The translations under genes and the position numbers were made by a program. Below the pieces are notes generated by a model, which saw only the letters and a list, made by a program, of their open reading frames with translations, was not told where the DNA came from and made no database searches. This document shows, piece by piece, positions 8,520 through 18,889 of a stretch of DNA of 64,000 nt (positions within the stretch are counted from its first letter, which is position 1; the number at the start of each line of letters is the position of its first letter). This DNA comes from Polyangiales bacterium (GTDB lineage Bacteria; Myxococcota_A; Polyangia; Polyangiales; Polyangiaceae): NCBI GenBank assembly GCA_038231275.1, contig JBBRLQ010000004.1:32001-96000 (forward strand), in the 5' to 3' direction.

Positions 8520-10681
8520 CGCGGTGCAGGATCCGAGCAGACGTGGTTGATGCAGGTGACGCCGGTCGAAGCGCCGCAGCAGTCGGCGCTCGTGTCGCAC
8601 TTGTCGCCGCTCGCGGAGCACGGGGGCTTTTGGGAGAGGCACACCGGGGCGCCGCCGTCGCTGCCGCCGGAGCAGTAGCCGCCGCAGCATTCGGTGCCGG
8701 AGCCGCAGCCTTGGCCGTCGCCTTTGCACGGCTCGAGGGCCCAGAAGCCGCGCATGGCGAGGTTTTGTTCGTCTTGGCCGGTGAGGTGGAAGGCGGGGTG
8801 GCTCGGGTCTTTGCCGGGAGTTGGGTTCAGGTCGATCGCGGCGACCCAGAGCTGCTTGGTGCCGAGCTTGCCGCCGCCGGCTTGGGCGACGTCGGTGAGG
8901 ACGTTGCCGTAGGTGCGGCGGCTCGTGAAGACGACCCAGAAGTATCCGCCGGCGGCGACGGGGGCGAAGCTCGGCTCGTAGTTGAACGCGAGATCGCGGG
9001 CGCCGGCGGCGAACGGGTAGCCGTCGCCGTCGACCGAGGCGAGGCGGACTTCTTGGTTCGGCGTGATGGCGCTCGCGAAGAAGAAATCGCCGCCGCCCGA
9101 GCGCGTGTCGGCGCTGGCGCCGCGTGAGTAGAGGATCCAGTTGCCGTCGGGGGTCATGGTCGGCCACGAGATGCGGTTGGTCGCGTCGACGCCGGCGGCC
9201 ACGACGGTCTTGGGCGCGGACACCATCGGGTTCTTCGTGTCGTCGAAGTCCATGACGCGGAGATCGCCGGGCGGCGGCGAGTTCCACGGGATGCCGGGAG
9301 CCGTGCCCCACGCCGTCGGATCGCCGGACTCGACGTACGCGATGCGCTTTCCGTCGGGAGACCACGCGGGCTCGGTGAGCGGCACGTTCATGAGGCCGCT
9401 CGTCGGGACGGGCTTGCCGTCGGCGGTCGTGTAGAGGCCGAGGAACGGCGCGGTGGTGGTGCCGGCGGCGGGATCCGCGTCCATCGTGAGGCCGAGCGCC
9501 ATCGCGTTCGTCATCATGTACTTGCCGGTCGGCGACACGGCGGGCGCCATCCACTTCACGACCGACGACGAGTTGCCGGCCGCGCCACCCCATGTGCCGC
9601 CGAGCGACGTCATCGGCAGGCCCTTCACGAGATCGTAGCTGCCGCCGTACACGCCGCCGCCGCTCACGAGGGTCGAGCCGTCGGCGCTGACTGTGTGGCA
9701 CGTCATGAGGCACGACGACGTGGGAAATTGGGCCGGATCGTTGAGCGGCGCCTTGTTCGCGAAGTCGTCGGGCGTGGCGGCGCCGGGCTTGATGCGGAGG
9801 ACGCGGCCGAGGTTGTTCGACCAGTAGTAGATGGTGCCGCGCATCGACGCGGGGGCGATCGTCCAGGTGTGATCGGCGATGACCGTGGCGCTCGTGCCGT
9901 CCCAGCGCGCGACCTTCACCTTCGTGGGGCCCGAGCTCGAGTCGACGAAGCGCTGCCACGTCGCGGAGTCGAGGGTGAGGCGTGACGCGGGGGAGTTCGT
10001 CGCGACGACATAGTCTTCGAGCTCGAAGGTCGCGTTCGTGATGTGGACCAGGTACGCGTCGGTGGCGGCGCCGCCGTTCCACTGGAGCATCGGCGCGAGG
10101 AGGCCGCGCGGCCACACGGTGCCGTCGTAGGGGTATGCCCAGACGACCGCGCCGTCTTTGGCGGCCGCGCCGCCGAGCGCACCCTGGGTGCCGGGCGGGA
10201 TGTTCTGCGGGTTCTGGTGGAGGTGCAGCTTCACGGTGAGCTTCGCGCTCGCTTGCTTGCCCTGCGCGGTCGCGCCGATCGTGACGACGCCTCCGACCGA
10301 GCCGCTCGCGGAATACACGCCAGTGCCCGCGAGGGCGCCGATCTGAGGTTCGTTGGCGATCCACGCGGCGCCGGTCGGGAGGGGCGCGCTCGTGCCGTCT
10401 GCAAAATGACCGATCGCCTTGAAGCCTTGCGTGACGATCGCGCCGTCAACGCTCTCGATGGTCGCGGTCGGCGGATCGATCGTCAGCGATTGGAGCGTGG
10501 TTCCCGGCGGTCCGCCGAACGTGCCCGACTCGAAGCCGTTGCCGCCGTCGACGTCGCCCGCGTCGGGCTCCAGGAAACCGCTGCCTGGATCACTGCTTCC
10601 ACACGCTCCTGCCGCGACGGCGAGGCCCAAGCTTGCTGCAGCGCAAAGATAATGCCCCCAAGGGCCGCGCCAGATGGTCAT
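8516..10681 (-). CDS. myxobacterial lipoprotein: Ig-like domain, TolB/PD40-like beta-propeller, Cys-rich C-terminus
   Basis: Lipobox AGAC; PAWSPDGKRIAY and PTMTPDGNWILY repeats; C-terminal C..C..CC..C modules. Confidence 0.8.
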   Translation of the reverse strand: MTIWRGPWGHYLCAAASLGLAVAAGACGSSDPGSGFLEPDAGDVDGGNGFESGTFGGPPGTTLQSLTIDPPTATIESVDGAIVTQGFKAIGHFADGTSAPLPTGAAWIANEPQIGALAGTGVYSASGSVGGVVTIGATAQGKQASAKLTVKLHLHQNPQNIPPGTQGALGGAAAKDGAVVWAYPYDGTVWPRGLLAPMLQWNGGAATDAYLVHITNATFELEDYVVATNSPASRLTLDSATWQRFVDSSSGPTKVKVARWDGTSATVIADHTWTIAPASMRGTIYYWSNNLGRVLRIKPGAATPDDFANKAPLNDPAQFPTSSCLMTCHTVSADGSTLVSGGGVYGGSYDLVKGLPMTSLGGTWGGAAGNSSSVVKWMAPAVSPTGKYMMTNAMALGLTMDADPAAGTTTAPFLGLYTTADGKPVPTSGLMNVPLTEPAWSPDGKRIAYVESGDPTAWGTAPGIPWNSPPPGDLRVMDFDDTKNPMVSAPKTVVAAGVDATNRISWPTMTPDGNWILYSRGASADTRSGGGDFFFASAITPNQEVRLASVDGDGYPFAAGARDLAFNYEPSFAPVAAGGYFWVVFTSRRTYGNVLTDVAQAGGGKLGTKQLWVAAIDLNPTPGKDPSHPAFHLTGQDEQNLAMRGFWALEPCKGDGQGCGSGTECCGGYCSGGSDGGAPVCLSQKPPCSASGDKCDTSADCCGASTGVTCINHVCSDPAPR

Positions 10682-10833
10682 GAGATCCGCTCAAAGCACG
10701 CACCAGGCCAGGAGACTTGCCAGTCGGATCACGCACCTACGGGCGTTCTTTCCTTCGTTCGTAACCACGTATGGACGACCGGCGATCCGTCCTCGCGCAG
10801 GGCTGGTACGCTCGAACCCGTTCATTCGGGTCG

Positions 10834-12717
10834 ATGTCGATTCGCAAGAAACCACCCCTCAGGAAGCGCCCCACCCAGCGCAAGATCGCGCTCGGCGTGG
10901 ACCCCTCGCGCCTCGCGACCGCGGCGATGGAGCGGATTCGCACGGTCCTTTTGCGCGCGGGGCACGGCGACCGAATCGGCGCGCCGATTACGCCGCTCGA
11001 GATCCTCGCGCGCGCGGACCTCCTGGGACAGCCGCTCCCACCGAGCTACGCCGCGGCGATGCGCATGGTGGGGACGATCGGCGATCCCGAGCGCTTCCTC
11101 ACGTCCAACGAGATGCGCGACGCCATCGCCGACCTGTCGCGCAACAAGCCGACGCGCGAGGCCGAGCGGTACGTGCCGTTCGTGCAGCTTGCCGATCGTT
11201 ACCTCTGCTTCGACACCGAGGAGGTCGCCCCGGCCGGTGAGCTGCCGATCGTCGAGTGGGTGCATGGCTCGCCGCGCCCGCGGTACCGCAATTTCGGCGA
11301 GCTCCTCGACGGCGTGGCCGATCTGCGCGAGGAGTCGCTCGAGCACGCCGCCGTCATCCCGCCGCGCCTGCGCACGATCTTGCTCGATCTCGGATTTCGC
11401 TTCGACTACCCGGTCGTCGGGCGCCTCGAGACGGGGGACACCGCCGCGATCCGAGAGCTGCTCGGCAATGTGCTCGCGCGGGAGATCATGGGCGACGCGG
11501 GGCGCCTCTTCGACTCGAGCGGCAAGGCGTCGCTGACCCTCAACGTCGACGAGTTCACGCTCGCCGTCTCGCTGCGCACCGGGATCTTCATCTTCGAAGC
11601 GGAGGACGTCTTCCGCTGGCTCCGTCATTTTCGCGACGAGAATTTCTTCGGCGACACCGCGAAGGAGCCGTCTCACCCCGATCAGGTCCGCGATCTGCGG
11701 AAGGCGCCGCGCGAGCCGCCGCTGGTCCTCCGCGGGACCAGCGAGGTTCAAGGATTGCCCGCGCGCGAGCACCAGTTTCGTGGAGCGACCGGCAAGAGCG
11801 CCGACGACTTCCATTTGCTAGGCCGCACCGGCGGCGTCAGCGAGCGTTCGTCGAGCCTCATCCTCCACGTCGTCAAAGGAAAGGTGCAGGACGCGCACGC
11901 CGTCGACGAGCCGCTCAACGGCCTGCACGTCACGCCCGATGGAACGATCTGGGGTCTGTCGATGGCGGGCACGGCCATCCGCTTCATCGACGGCAACGCC
12001 AAGACGTTCCCGCTCCTGAGGCCCACGCGCGGGCGTTCGTGGTGGTACGGCATCGGCGGCGATGGCGATCGCGTGCTCGTGTGGGGCGCCGGCGCGCTGC
12101 TCGTCTGGGACGGCGACGCGTTCTCGCCGTTTTATCCCGACGCTGGGCTCGACGACGCCGAGTCGGTACCCGCGCTCGTCTGCCACAAGGCCGAGATCGC
12201 GATGCTGGTGTGCGGCGATCGCATGGGCGCCGTCGCGCGCTTCGATGGACGCAAATGGATCCCCATCGGCGAGACGCAGGTCATCGAGGGCGCGCTCGCC
12301 GATCTCGACGTGTGGCGCGGCGTCGCCGTGGTGCTGACGCGCGACGGCCACGTCTTTCGTTCGGAGGACGGCGCGCCGCGACCGGTGGACTGGGACGAGG
12401 GTCAGCAGGCGTTCCTCAACGAGGCGGGCGGTCGCCGGCCGACGCACGCGCTTCGCTGCTTCGACGGCGGCGCGCTCTTGGCGAGCGACGGAGGCGTCAT
12501 CGCGGTCGGCGCCGGCGAGCCCATCTTCCACGCGGCCCCTCAATCACGCGAGCAAGCGCGCCTCGTGCGCGTGGGCGGCGCGTCAGGGATGAGCCTTCGC
12601 CAAGGAACCCAGACCCCCAGCGACGTCCCCGACTCGGGCATCGTCGCGCTGGTCGGCCCCCACGTCTGGATGTGGCGCGAGGGCGCTTTCCAGGTCGTCG
12701 ACGTGCACGAATGGTAG
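10834..12717 (+). CDS. SMI1/KNR4 (SUKH) domain fused to an unknown domain and a beta-propeller
   Basis: LGQPLPPSY, YVPF, YLCFD, ELPIVEW and NFGELL are SUKH hallmarks; the C-terminal part has propeller-like strands (LVWDG, ARFDG). No signal peptide. Confidence 0.7.
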   Translation: MSIRKKPPLRKRPTQRKIALGVDPSRLATAAMERIRTVLLRAGHGDRIGAPITPLEILARADLLGQPLPPSYAAAMRMVGTIGDPERFLTSNEMRDAIADLSRNKPTREAERYVPFVQLADRYLCFDTEEVAPAGELPIVEWVHGSPRPRYRNFGELLDGVADLREESLEHAAVIPPRLRTILLDLGFRFDYPVVGRLETGDTAAIRELLGNVLAREIMGDAGRLFDSSGKASLTLNVDEFTLAVSLRTGIFIFEAEDVFRWLRHFRDENFFGDTAKEPSHPDQVRDLRKAPREPPLVLRGTSEVQGLPAREHQFRGATGKSADDFHLLGRTGGVSERSSSLILHVVKGKVQDAHAVDEPLNGLHVTPDGTIWGLSMAGTAIRFIDGNAKTFPLLRPTRGRSWWYGIGGDGDRVLVWGAGALLVWDGDAFSPFYPDAGLDDAESVPALVCHKAEIAMLVCGDRMGAVARFDGRKWIPIGETQVIEGALADLDVWRGVAVVLTRDGHVFRSEDGAPRPVDWDEGQQAFLNEAGGRRPTHALRCFDGGALLASDGGVIAVGAGEPIFHAAPQSREQARLVRVGGASGMSLRQGTQTPSDVPDSGIVALVGPHVWMWREGAFQVVDVHEW

Positions 12718-12727
12718 AAGGAACGAC

Positions 12728-14089
12728 ATGACGAGAGACGTCGAGAAGCGCTTGAAAGAAGTCGAGAAGCTGAACCACGCGGCCGGCGGCGACGCGAAGC
12801 CAAACGCGCTGTGGAGCTACGAGGGCGCCGTCCCCTTCGCCGACTCTGCCGTACAGCGCTACCGCCTCGGCAACGGTCTGCGGGTGCTCGTCCTCGTCGA
12901 CAAGAGCGCGCCTGTGTTCTCGTACATGACCTGGTTCAACGTCGGCTCACGCCACGAAAAGCCTGGAAAAACCGGCCTCGCGCACCTCTTCGAGCATTTG
13001 ATGTTCAACGAGACCGAGGCCTTCAAGGCCGGCGAGTTCGATCGCAAGCTCGAGGAGAACGGCGCCGAGTCGAACGCCGCCACCTGGGTCGACTGGACCT
13101 ACTACTACGAGAACCTCCCCTCCGATCGCCTCGCCCTCGCCGTGAAGCTCGAGAGCGAGCGCATGGCGCGCCTGGTCCTGCGCGAGCCGCAGGTCGCGAG
13201 CGAGAAGGAGGTCGTCGCCAACGAGCGGCGCTACCGCGTGGAGGACGACGTCGAGGGCGCCGCGAACGAGCTCCTCTACAAGACCGCGTTCACGAAGCAC
13301 CCGTACCAGTGGCCAACGATCGGCTGGATGAGCGACATCCTCGGCTTCACGCCCGAAGACTGCGCGGCGTTTTATCGCACGTTCTACGCGCCCAACAACG
13401 CCACTGTCGTCATCGTCGGCGACGTGCGCGAGTCCGACGTGCTCGCGAAGGTCTCGGCGGGCTATGGCGCGCTCGAGGCGTCCACGCTGCCGGTCGAGGA
13501 CACACACCCCGAGCCGCCGCAAGGGGCCGAGCGACGCGAGTCGATCAAGAAGCCGACCACCACCGAGAAGATCATGCTCGGCTACCGCGGCCCCGCGCTC
13601 GGCGACGCCGACCACGCGACCCTCAGCGTCCTCAACGAGGTCCTCTTCGGAGGCCGCGCGTCGCGCATGCACCGCGCGCTCGTCATCGACGAGGAGATCG
13701 CCAGCGATCTGCGCGGCTGGGTGTCGACGTTCCGCGATCCCGGCCTCTACGAGATGTACGTCAGCGCGCGCGCAGGGCACGGGACCGACGACATCGAGCG
13801 TGTCCTCGCCGCGCAGCTCGCGAAGGTGAAGGAGTCGCCGGTGACGGACGAAGAGCTGGCGAGGGCCAAGGCGCGCCTCGAGCTCGGGGTCCTCCAGGGG
13901 CTCGACACCGCGAACGGAAAGGCCGAGCAGATCGGCTTCTACGAGATGGTGCTCGGCGATCCCGCGGCGGCGTTCCGGAGGCTCGACGCGTACCGCCGCG
14001 CCGGTCCTGGAGACTTGATGCGCGTCGCGCGAAGGTACCTGGTCGACACCGAGCGCACCGTGGTCCGCATCCTCCCGGAGGCCTCGTGA
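12728..14089 (+). CDS. M16 family zinc metallopeptidase, catalytic subunit
   Basis: GLAHLFEHLMF (HxxEH), NAAT..D.T.Y, EKEVVANER and YAPNNA. Confidence 0.93.
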   Translation: MTRDVEKRLKEVEKLNHAAGGDAKPNALWSYEGAVPFADSAVQRYRLGNGLRVLVLVDKSAPVFSYMTWFNVGSRHEKPGKTGLAHLFEHLMFNETEAFKAGEFDRKLEENGAESNAATWVDWTYYYENLPSDRLALAVKLESERMARLVLREPQVASEKEVVANERRYRVEDDVEGAANELLYKTAFTKHPYQWPTIGWMSDILGFTPEDCAAFYRTFYAPNNATVVIVGDVRESDVLAKVSAGYGALEASTLPVEDTHPEPPQGAERRESIKKPTTTEKIMLGYRGPALGDADHATLSVLNEVLFGGRASRMHRALVIDEEIASDLRGWVSTFRDPGLYEMYVSARAGHGTDDIERVLAAQLAKVKESPVTDEELARAKARLELGVLQGLDTANGKAEQIGFYEMVLGDPAAAFRRLDAYRRAGPGDLMRVARRYLVDTERTVVRILPEAS

Positions 14090-15396
14090 GCGCGGCCAAG
14101 ATCGCTCTCTCCGGCGGGGGCGTTCTCTACGTCGAAGAGTCGCACGCCGTACCGCTCGTCTCGATCGCCGTCTCGTTCCGAATCGGCGCCACCAGCGATC
14201 CCCAGGGAAAAGACGGCCTCGCGCGCATCACGACGCGGATGATCCGGCGCGGCTGCCCGGGGCTGACCTCGCAGCAGGTCGACGCGGAGATCGATCGGCT
14301 CGGCGCGGAGATGAGCGTGGACGTCTCGGCGTCGCACCTCACGATCCACACTCAGGTCATCAAGCGAAGCCTCGGCGCGTGGGTCGATCTCCTCGTTCGC
14401 CTCTTCGGCGGGCCGACGTTCGCGGAGGACGAGCTCGCGCGCCTTCGCCGGGAGACCGCGGCCGAGATCATCGAGGCCCGCGACAGCGATCGCGCCCTGG
14501 CGCACCTCGCGTTCCGGCGCGCGATCTTCGCCGGCCACCCGTACGCGCGCAGCGCGGTCGGCACCGCACGCTCCGTCGAGTCGATCACCGTCGCCGACGT
14601 GCGCGGCGCGTTCGAGCGCACGTGCACGCGTGGCAACCTGGTCCTCGGCTTCGCCGGCGACGTCACCGCAGAGGAGGCCACGCGCCTCGGCGAACGCTTC
14701 ACCGCCGCGCTCCGCGAAGGGCCTGCGCACAAGGACGACGTCCCCGAGCCCGCGCCGCTCGCGGGTCGCAAGCTCGTCTTCGTCGACAAGCCGGAGCGCA
14801 CGCAGACCCAGGTCCTCATCGGCGCGCTCGGCACCTGGCCGCACGATCCCGATCACGTGCCGTTCAGCGTGGCGTGCTCCGTCCTCGGCGGCACGTTCAC
14901 CTCGCGCCTCATGCGGGAAGTGCGGAGCAAGCGCGGCTGGTCGTACGGCGCGTACGCCCGCCTCGCGATCGAGCGGCACCGCCAGTCGTTCTCGATGTGG
15001 ACGTTCCCCGCGGCCACCGACACCGCGGCGTGCCTCGAGCTGGAGCTGGGCATGCTCCGCGACTTCGTGGAGAAGGGCGTCACGCCGCGCGAGACCACGT
15101 TCATGAAGAAGTTCCTCGGGCGGTCGCACGCGTTCGACATCGACACCGCGACCAAGCGCCTGCACCAGTCGCTCGACGTGGATCTCCTCGGATTGCCTGC
15201 CGACTACTACGATGGCTACGTGGGCCACGTCGAGGCGGTCACCCCCGACGCCGCGAACGCATCGATCGGCGCGCGCCTCTCGCCCGACAACCTCAGAATC
15301 GTCGTGGTGGGCACGAAGGAGGATCTCTTCGACAAGGTGAAGGAGAAGATCCCGGATCTGGCGCAGGCGGACGTCGTCCCCTTCGACGCGGAATAG
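14086..15396 (+). CDS. M16 family peptidase, non-catalytic partner subunit
   Basis: M16 fold lacking HxxEH (GLARITTRM) with the VRSKRGWSYG R-Y pair; the GTG overlaps the upstream TGA. Confidence 0.88.
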   Translation: MSAAKIALSGGGVLYVEESHAVPLVSIAVSFRIGATSDPQGKDGLARITTRMIRRGCPGLTSQQVDAEIDRLGAEMSVDVSASHLTIHTQVIKRSLGAWVDLLVRLFGGPTFAEDELARLRRETAAEIIEARDSDRALAHLAFRRAIFAGHPYARSAVGTARSVESITVADVRGAFERTCTRGNLVLGFAGDVTAEEATRLGERFTAALREGPAHKDDVPEPAPLAGRKLVFVDKPERTQTQVLIGALGTWPHDPDHVPFSVACSVLGGTFTSRLMREVRSKRGWSYGAYARLAIERHRQSFSMWTFPAATDTAACLELELGMLRDFVEKGVTPRETTFMKKFLGRSHAFDIDTATKRLHQSLDVDLLGLPADYYDGYVGHVEAVTPDAANASIGARLSPDNLRIVVVGTKEDLFDKVKEKIPDLAQADVVPFDAE

Positions 15397-15398
15397 CC

Positions 15399-16319
15399 AT
15401 GGCCCGCGTGCACGTCAGCGCGCCACTGCTCGGCGACGCGGTGGCGCGGCTGGCGGTGGCGCACGACGTGGAGGTCGGGAGGCTCGGCGCTGAAGCCGAC
15501 GCGTGGGTGACGCTGCTCACCGACAAGGTCGACGACGCGCGCCTCGTTGGGGCGCCGCGCCTCCGTATCGTCGCGAACGTCGCGGTCGGCGTCGACAACG
15601 TGGATCTGGCAGCGTGCCGCGCGCGCGGCGTCGTCGTGACCAATACGCCGGGCGTGCTCACCGAGGCGACCGCGGATCTCGCGTTCGGCCTCATCCTCGC
15701 CGCGGCGCGCCGGATCGCCGAGGGAGATCGGCTCGTGCGCGCGGGCGGGTGGAGCGGGTGGGGACCGTCCTTCATGGTCGGCGCGCGCGTTCACGGCGCG
15801 ACGTTGGGGATCGTCGGCCTCGGGAGGATCGGGCAAGCCGTCGCGCGCCGGGCGCGCGGTTTCGGTATGCATGTACTCTACACACAGCGTAGTCCCCTCG
15901 TCGATGGCGTCGCCCGTGCCCTTGGGGCGACGTTTGCGCCGCTGGATCAGCTGCTCGCGGACTCCGACGTCGTCACGCTCCACTGCCCGCTCACCGCGGA
16001 GACACGCGGGCTCCTCTCCGCCGCGCGACTCGCCGCGATGAAGCGGGGCAGCGTGCTCGTGAACACGGCGCGTGGCCCGATCGTCGACGAGTCCGCCCTC
16101 GCCGCAGCGCTCGCAAACGGCCCCCTCGCCGCCGCCGGGCTCGACGTCTTCGCCGACGAGCCGCGCGTGCCCCCTGCCCTCCTCGCGCTCCCCAACGTCG
16201 TCCTCACGCCGCACATCGCCAGCGCCGAAGAGGCGACGCGCGCGGCGATGGCCGGCCTCGCCGCCGACAATGTGCTCGCGGTGCTCTCCGGGAAAGCGCC
16301 GCTGAACGCGGTGCCCTGA
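15399..16319 (+). CDS. D-2-hydroxyacid dehydrogenase (glyoxylate/hydroxypyruvate reductase-like)
   Basis: VGVDNVD, TNTPGVLTEATAD, GLGRIG, VNTARG, GLDVF..EP and TPHIAS. Confidence 0.92.
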   Translation: MARVHVSAPLLGDAVARLAVAHDVEVGRLGAEADAWVTLLTDKVDDARLVGAPRLRIVANVAVGVDNVDLAACRARGVVVTNTPGVLTEATADLAFGLILAAARRIAEGDRLVRAGGWSGWGPSFMVGARVHGATLGIVGLGRIGQAVARRARGFGMHVLYTQRSPLVDGVARALGATFAPLDQLLADSDVVTLHCPLTAETRGLLSAARLAAMKRGSVLVNTARGPIVDESALAAALANGPLAAAGLDVFADEPRVPPALLALPNVVLTPHIASAEEATRAAMAGLAADNVLAVLSGKAPLNAVP

Positions 16320-16321
16320 AC

Positions 16322-17713
16322 CTACGGACGCTTGGCGAGGACCTCGGCGAATTTCGTGTCGTAGCGGGACGCGACGAACTCTTCGCTCGCCAGCGCCTTT
16401 CGCAAGAACGAGAGGTTCGTGACGCACGGCGCGATCGTGGTCGCGGCGAGCGCGCGATCGAGCTCGGCGATCGCGGCGCCGCGGTCCTCTCCCCACGCGA
16501 CGATCTTGGCGATCATCGGATCGTAGAACGGCGTCACCTTGTTACCGGCGCGGACGCCCGACTCGATGCGCAGCGTGGCGGTCTGCGACTCGACGCCGCC
16601 CGGCCAGATGAGCTCGTTCACGTCGCCCGGCTTGGGGATGAAGCCCTTGCTGGGATCCTCGGCGTAGACGCGCGCCTCGATGGCGTGGCCGCGGCGCGTG
16701 ACCTTCGAGAGGTCGGGGAGCCTCTCGCCGTCGGCGACGCGGAGCTGGAGCTCGACGAGGTCCAGCCCAGTGACCATCTCGGTAACGGGGTGCTCGACCT
16801 GGAGGCGCGCGTTCACTTCGAGGAAGAAGAGGTTCCCCTCCGCGTCGGCGATGAACTCGCAGGTGCCTGCGCCGATGTAGCCGACCTTCTTCACGACGCG
16901 GAGCGCCGCATCGTAGAGGCCCTGCCGTCGCTTCTCGCCCTCCTCGCCCGCAAAGAACGGCGCGGCCGACGGGGACTCTTCGAGGATCTTCTGGTGACGG
17001 CGCTGGAGGCTGCACTCGCGCTCGCCCAGGGCGAACGCCTGGCCGTGCGCGTCGCAGAAGACCTGCACCTCGATGTGGCGGGGCTGGGCGACGTACCGCT
17101 CGAGATACACGCGCGCGTCGGCGAACGACGCCTTGCCACGATCCGAGCAGCTGCGGAGCGCGCGCTCCATCCCGTCCTCGGCCTGGACGACCTGCATGCC
17201 GATGCCGCCGCCGCCTCCGACGGCCTTCACGACGACCGGGTAGCCGACCCGCGCGGCGACCTCTTTGGCGTGCGCGACGCCTTCGGCGGTGTCGATGGCG
17301 ATGGGCTCGTCCGTACCAGGAACCGGGGACGTGCCGGCGGAGAGCGCGACGTGGCGCGCCTTCATCTTGTCGCCGAACGCGTCCAGCACGTCGGGCGGAG
17401 GACCGATGAACGTGACACCGGCCGCCGCCACCTTGCGCGCGAAGCTCGATTTTTCGCTCAAAAAGCCGTATCCGGGGTGCACGGCGCGGGCGCCCGTCTT
17501 CTGGATCGCGTCCAGGAGGGCGGGCTCGCTGAGGTACGAGTCCTTCGCCGGCGACGGACCGATGAGGACCGCCTCGTCCGCGTCGGACACGTGCGGCGCG
17601 TCTTTGTCGGCCTCCGAGTGGACAGCGACGGTCTTGATCCCTAGGCGCTTGCACGTGCGGATGACACGACGCGCGATCTCGCCCCGATTCGCGATGAGGA
17701 CTTTGTCGAACAT
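16322..17713 (-). CDS. biotin carboxylase subunit of an acyl-CoA carboxylase (no fused biotin carrier)
   Basis: KVLIANRGEIA, HPGYGFLSE, GGGGIGM, ERECSLQRRHQK, FLEVNARLQVEHPVTE and FYDPMIAK. Confidence 0.93.
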   Translation of the reverse strand: MFDKVLIANRGEIARRVIRTCKRLGIKTVAVHSEADKDAPHVSDADEAVLIGPSPAKDSYLSEPALLDAIQKTGARAVHPGYGFLSEKSSFARKVAAAGVTFIGPPPDVLDAFGDKMKARHVALSAGTSPVPGTDEPIAIDTAEGVAHAKEVAARVGYPVVVKAVGGGGGIGMQVVQAEDGMERALRSCSDRGKASFADARVYLERYVAQPRHIEVQVFCDAHGQAFALGERECSLQRRHQKILEESPSAAPFFAGEEGEKRRQGLYDAALRVVKKVGYIGAGTCEFIADAEGNLFFLEVNARLQVEHPVTEMVTGLDLVELQLRVADGERLPDLSKVTRRGHAIEARVYAEDPSKGFIPKPGDVNELIWPGGVESQTATLRIESGVRAGNKVTPFYDPMIAKIVAWGEDRGAAIAELDRALAATTIAPCVTNLSFLRKALASEEFVASRYDTKFAEVLAKRP

Positions 17714-17752
17714 GGCGCCGGGTTAATTACCACAGCGACGCGCGGTCGATCC

Positions 17753-18889
17753 TCAGCGGTTCTCGATCTCGCTCTTCAGGAAGAGCGCCCCCTCGACGAC
17801 GACGCGCTCGCCGGGGGTGACGCCGCCGAGGAGTCGCACCTTGCCGTCGATCTCGGGTCCGGCTTGGACGATGCGCATCCGGTAGACGTTGTCGTCTCCC
17901 GCGATGATGACGCGCGAGTGCTCGGCGTCGTTCAGGATGGCGCGCGACGGCACGATGACGACCTTCTTGCCGCCGAGCTCCGCCAGCTCGACGCGCGCGA
18001 ACATCTCGGGCTTGAGGCGCGTGTCGGGGTTCGGCACCACGCAGCGCGCCTTCACTGTGCGGCTGGTCGGGTCGAGGACGTCGCCGACGTGGCCGACGAT
18101 GCCGTCGAACGTGTCGGTCGGGTACGCGGGCACGTGGACGCGCACCTTCGCGCCCTCCTGCACGAGTCCGAGATCTTGCTCGTACACGTCGGCGAGCACC
18201 CACACCGAGGCGAGGTTCGTGATCGTGAGGAGCGGAGTCGTCGCGTCGGCGCGTACCTCTTGGCCGACGAGCACGTTTCTCTCGACGACCGTGCCGGCGA
18301 CGCGCGCGCGCAGGAATACCCCGACCGCCGGATCGGACGCCGAGACGCCGAGCGCCCGGAGCTGCGCCGTCGCGCGGCCGACGTCGCTCGTCATCTTCTT
18401 CAGATCGGACTCCGCCTGCAGCAGATCCTTCTCGCTGACCGCCCCTTCCGCGCGGAGCTTGCGCTGCCGCTCGACGGTGCGCGTCGCGAGCGTCAGGTCC
18501 ATGTTCGCCTTCTGGGCGTCCGACTGGAGCTGCGAGACCTGCGGCGCCGACAGCTCGATGAGCGCTTGGCCGACGGTAACCTTGTCCCCCGGTTTGACGA
18601 GGATGCTGGTGGCGCGGCCGTCGAGCGGCGAGGCGACGCGCTGGGTGCGGTCCTCGTCGAAGCTGACCCGGCCCGTCAGGATGACGCTCGCTGCGGCCTC
18701 GCTCTCCTCGACCTTCTCCACCTTCACGAACTGCATGCGCGGGCTGGTGGGCTCGAGCTTGATCGCGTCCTTCACGTTTCCGCCATCCTCGGCGGCGGCG
18801 GCGTGCTTCTCTCCCGGCTTGCAGCCAGACGAGACGGCGACGAGGGCGGCGACGGCGACGGTTGCGAAGGCGGTAACCAGAGTCTTCAA
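17753..18889 (-). CDS. RND efflux periplasmic adaptor (CzcB/CusB-like), system 1
   Basis: Lipoprotein-like signal (SSGC), barrel-sandwich VKPGDKV..GQ.L, VWVLADVYEQD and LKPEMFA. The TTG start overlaps the TolC stop. Confidence 0.9.
   Translation of the reverse strand: MKTLVTAFATVAVAALVAVSSGCKPGEKHAAAAEDGGNVKDAIKLEPTSPRMQFVKVEKVEESEAAASVILTGRVSFDEDRTQRVASPLDGRATSILVKPGDKVTVGQALIELSAPQVSQLQSDAQKANMDLTLATRTVERQRKLRAEGAVSEKDLLQAESDLKKMTSDVGRATAQLRALGVSASDPAVGVFLRARVAGTVVERNVLVGQEVRADATTPLLTITNLASVWVLADVYEQDLGLVQEGAKVRVHVPAYPTDTFDGIVGHVGDVLDPTSRTVKARCVVPNPDTRLKPEMFARVELAELGGKKVVIVPSRAILNDAEHSRVIIAGDDNVYRMRIVQAGPEIDGKVRLLGGVTPGERVVVEGALFLKSEIENR

Noticed and set aside
15399-15520. Apparently shortened N-terminal region of the hydroxyacid dehydrogenase
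   Set aside because: This region varies in the family and all catalytic motifs are intact; I cannot call a deletion without an alignment.
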